Shown piece by piece: positions 16,325-18,856 of a stretch of 18,856 bases of DNA. Location of the stretch: NCBI GenBank assembly GCA_048882485.1, contig JBHLRP010000058.1, positions 1-18,856 on the forward strand. The letters are read 5' to 3'. The notes beneath the pieces were generated by a model. The model was not told the DNA's origin. It saw only the letters and a list, made by a program, of their open reading frames with translations, and searched no databases. How positions within the stretch are numbered: position 1 is the stretch's first letter; the number at the start of each line of letters is the position of its first letter. This DNA comes from Candidatus Thorarchaeota archaeon. GTDB taxonomy: Archaea > Asgardarchaeota > Thorarchaeia > Thorarchaeales > Thorarchaeaceae. Both the position numbers and the translations under genes were made by a program.

Positions 16325-16820
16325 AGTGGGCGAGAAGCTGCCCAACAAACTCCAGTGTCTTGAGGCAGTGTGTCTACGAAACACAGAGGTATGTCAGAAA
16401 CACCTACCAGTGCAACTTTCAGGTCGAAACATTGATTATCGAGGTATGTGAACGAATGCAACTAGCCGCGTGGTCGGCTTATTTCGAGAACGCTAAGGAG
16501 GAAGGCACTGCCACATGCAGACGCAATCGATTATCCTTCAGGCTGGTGCAGAGTGGACCTCTTCTGCCCCCTACCCCCACCCACCAGTAGGTGTTTACCA
16601 TACGTCTTTTCCGCGTCTGGAGTTCCCACATGGATTTGAGTATCCCCACACGACAACATCTACATCTGAGGCAAATCTGGGTCTGTCCTTGGCATAAAGA
16701 CAGGTTGAATTAAAGAACGCCACGCGGCGCCTTTCCCGAAGAAGGGTAAGGCATCGACCTGAATGACCACCCTTCCACAATCCTATTGAGAGATATGAAT
16801 GCCACTGCCTAAAACATCAT
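16325..16820 (-). ncRNA. Candidate large structured RNA of unknown class
   Basis: Four long-range helices of 8-15 bp, many local hairpins, G-U pairs favouring the minus strand, upstream TTTAAA at 16842-16847, and no credible ORF. Confidence 0.5.
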
Positions 16821-16907
16821 AATGACTACTATTGTAATCTCTTTAAACGGGCTGCCAGAGTGGTCAGGATAATGACATTCCTCACGGTGCTCTCGGAAGA
16901 ACGCCAT

Positions 16908-17795
16908 TCATACTCCACTTCTTCTTCTGTATTGCACCGCAACAGCTGCGATAACCACTACCCCAGCAAGTCCGACTACCGGTGTCACGACACCCATCAT
17001 TTCTACTTCACCAGAGTGTGAAGTACCCATCCAATTTGGATCTACCGGGACACCTCCGGTCAAATCTACAGCGATGGTCCATGCATCTCGAATAATTCCT
17101 GCACTCTCTGACACATCAAAGATGAGTTGGGCAGACCATTCAGCATCGAAATGTGTGAAGTTGACCCCAATTGTCATGACCGCTGGTCCGAGGACAAGGA
17201 ATTCATCGTTTTCGAAACACAGTGTCATGTCATCATATTGAAGCACATATCCAGCATGGGACAATTGTGACATATTGTCAATCCAAATCGGACCCACATA
17301 TTGACTCTCCTTCGAATGGATGTCCCATGCAATATCTGGATAGTCGGGATTGTTCGTGATACAATCTGGCTCTTCTTCGATTAGGTGGTCGAATAGCTTT
17401 TCCGCTCCCAAGTAAGCAAAGGAGTACTCGCGTCTCTGACCGTAACTGATTCCTCCTACTGGGACTGCATCTCCACCATTTGTCACCTGAATGAATTGCT
17501 GTTCATACCCAATGCCATATGACTCCCCCAAGTCCATGAATTCGAAACTGATCGTTGCATTTACATTGGTACCTGCGATCTCGTCATCGATGATGATGCT
17601 CACACTAGCTGCAGGTAGTAAGCTTTCTGCGCCCCTACTGACACGAAAACTGGCAGACGCCTCACGAGTAGCGTCAGTTGAGTCTGCTGCAACCCCATCT
17701 GGCAAGCAACTCCAGAGAGAACCGAATAATAATAGGGTGAATATTACCACAGCGATTTGACTTATTCTGCACCACATCTTCAAAGGTGCATGCAC
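16908..17795 (-). CDS. Secreted, C-terminally membrane-anchored acidic protein
   Basis: N-terminal signal-like helix ending in VAA-D, an acidic body, and a C-terminal TM followed by YRRRS. Confidence 0.72.
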   Translation of the reverse strand: MHAPLKMWCRISQIAVVIFTLLLFGSLWSCLPDGVAADSTDATREASASFRVSRGAESLLPAASVSIIIDDEIAGTNVNATISFEFMDLGESYGIGYEQQFIQVTNGGDAVPVGGISYGQRREYSFAYLGAEKLFDHLIEEEPDCITNNPDYPDIAWDIHSKESQYVGPIWIDNMSQLSHAGYVLQYDDMTLCFENDEFLVLGPAVMTIGVNFTHFDAEWSAQLIFDVSESAGIIRDAWTIAVDLTGGVPVDPNWMGTSHSGEVEMMGVVTPVVGLAGVVVIAAVAVQYRRRSGV

Positions 17796-17936
17796 CTCAC
17801 ATCATAATGAGCTTCATCCCTAATAGCATATCTGGCCACATCTGGATGATTGATGCAAGACTGCAAGTGCAAGACTAAAAGGTAAAAGGAGTTCTAGGAA
17901 GAAGAAGCATCCTAAGGGAAATTTCTGATGCCTTGT

Positions 17937-17951
17937 CGAAATGGTTTTAAG
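17937..17951 (+). promoter_or_regulatory. Likely BRE-TATA promoter for the intact rps2
   Basis: CGAAATGG-TTTTAAG about 110 nt upstream of the ATG, with SD GGAGG before the start. Confidence 0.5.
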
Positions 17952-18059
17952 CATCACTCAAGGGTTTCGACAAAGCTCAGTTCAATACATAGTATCATGG
18001 AGTCCATTCGATTTGATATCTGGTGACAATTCTGGCAAAAACTGTGGAGGAGCAATCGA

Positions 18060-18695
18060 ATGAGTGAAATTGAGACATCTGACGTAGAGCTGCTCACGCC
18101 TATGGACAAATATTTGGCCGCAGGATGCCATATCGGGACGCAGGTGAAGACGCAAGATATGGATTTCTTCGTGTATCGGCAGCGCCCAATCGGACTCTAC
18201 GTCCTAGATGTGAGAAAGACTGACGAGCGAATCAGAACCGCTGGCAAGTTTATCGCCCGGTTTGATTCCTCCAAGATAGTTGTGGTGTCAGGTCGTGTTT
18301 ACGGAAAGCGTCCTGTAGAAACATTTGCATATTACATTGGGGCGAATGCCTTTACTGAACGATTTGTACCAGGGACACTCACAAATCCTAATATTGCTGG
18401 TCCTAGGGTGTATGTAGAGCCTGAGCTCGTTATTCTCACTGACCCTCGTACAGACCAGCAGGCCCTATCCGAGGCGGCAAGGATTGGCGTACCAGTGATA
18501 GCACTGTGTGATACTGACAATCAGACAACCAATGTGGACCTCGTGATTCCGTCGAACAACAGAGGTCGTAAAGCACTGGCGCTGGTCTATTTCCTGCTCA
18601 CACGTCAGGTGTTGCGAGAACGCGGTGCCCTAACAGAGGAGGAGGAAACCGCATTTACAGCTGAGGACTTCGAGCCTCAGGTCCAACGGTTCTAG
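18060..18695 (+). CDS. rps2: 30S ribosomal protein S2
   Basis: YLAAGCHIGT, RFVPGTLTNP, IALCDTD, IPSNNRGRKALAL. Confidence 0.97.
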   Translation: MSEIETSDVELLTPMDKYLAAGCHIGTQVKTQDMDFFVYRQRPIGLYVLDVRKTDERIRTAGKFIARFDSSKIVVVSGRVYGKRPVETFAYYIGANAFTERFVPGTLTNPNIAGPRVYVEPELVILTDPRTDQQALSEAARIGVPVIALCDTDNQTTNVDLVIPSNNRGRKALALVYFLLTRQVLRERGALTEEEETAFTAEDFEPQVQRF

Positions 18696-18856
18696 GTTTC
18701 ATGAATGGAAACGATGCCTCGATCGGCGTCGACCTCCACTCTTTGTCCTGTTTTTATCTTTTCAATCTCGATACTGTCCACAGTTGGAATCTCAGATATT
18801 ATGCTGCCAACAGCGATGACTGGATCGGTTTCTCTGTTGATTATTGCTGCAGGAGC
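18692..18856 (-). CDS. AcnX swivel-domain (DUF126) protein, likely phosphomevalonate dehydratase small subunit; 3' part only
   Basis: Not in the ORF track. My translation is APAAIINRETDPVIAVGSIISEIPTVDSIEIEKIKTGQRVEVDADRGIVSIHET*. Its stop overlaps the rps2 stop in CTAG. Confidence 0.8.
   Translation of the reverse strand, partial: APAAIINRETDPVIAVGSIISEIPTVDSIEIEKIKTGQRVEVDADRGIVSIHET

Noticed and set aside
16325-16820. RNase P, group I/II intron or HEARO identity; short ORFs of 60-76 aa
   Set aside because: Only partial resemblances (GGGAACTCCAG, CGGCTTAT) in the wrong order. No domain V, P7 core or adjacent IscB. The ORFs overlap on both strands and show no motifs.
1-18856. CRISPR array, integrase, tnpA, reverse transcriptase/DGR
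   Set aside because: No regularly spaced repeats and no corresponding protein motifs were seen.

Overview
Archaeal genomic window, most likely Asgard (Thorarchaeota-like). The taxonomy is inferred from a Ras-superfamily small GTPase, a 'DLSPL'-type LRR protein and egsA. The backbone is housekeeping: an MFS transporter fragment, tRNA-Ser(GCT) with two BHB introns (37/38 and 59/60), SRP RNA, aIF5B, ndk, rpl24e/rps28e/rpl7ae, egsA, a small GTPase, rpoD-rpl18e-rpl13-rps9-rpoN, rps2, and the 3' end of an AcnX swivel (phosphomevalonate dehydratase small) subunit. A solo tnpB (IS200/IS605 family) element lies between aIF5B and ndk. Three integrase-free islets are each bounded by a duplicated end of an essential gene. 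(1) An intron-less copy of the tRNA 3' end bounds an islet carrying an LRR gene. (2) A 61-bp copy of the tRNA promoter plus 5' end bounds an islet carrying a membrane-protein gene. (3) A stranded, diverged 17-codon rps2 5' stub bounds an islet carrying a methyltransferase, a surface protein and an unexplained ~490-nt, heavily base-paired, pseudoknotted candidate ncRNA. All RNA structures were paired by eye; no searches were run.
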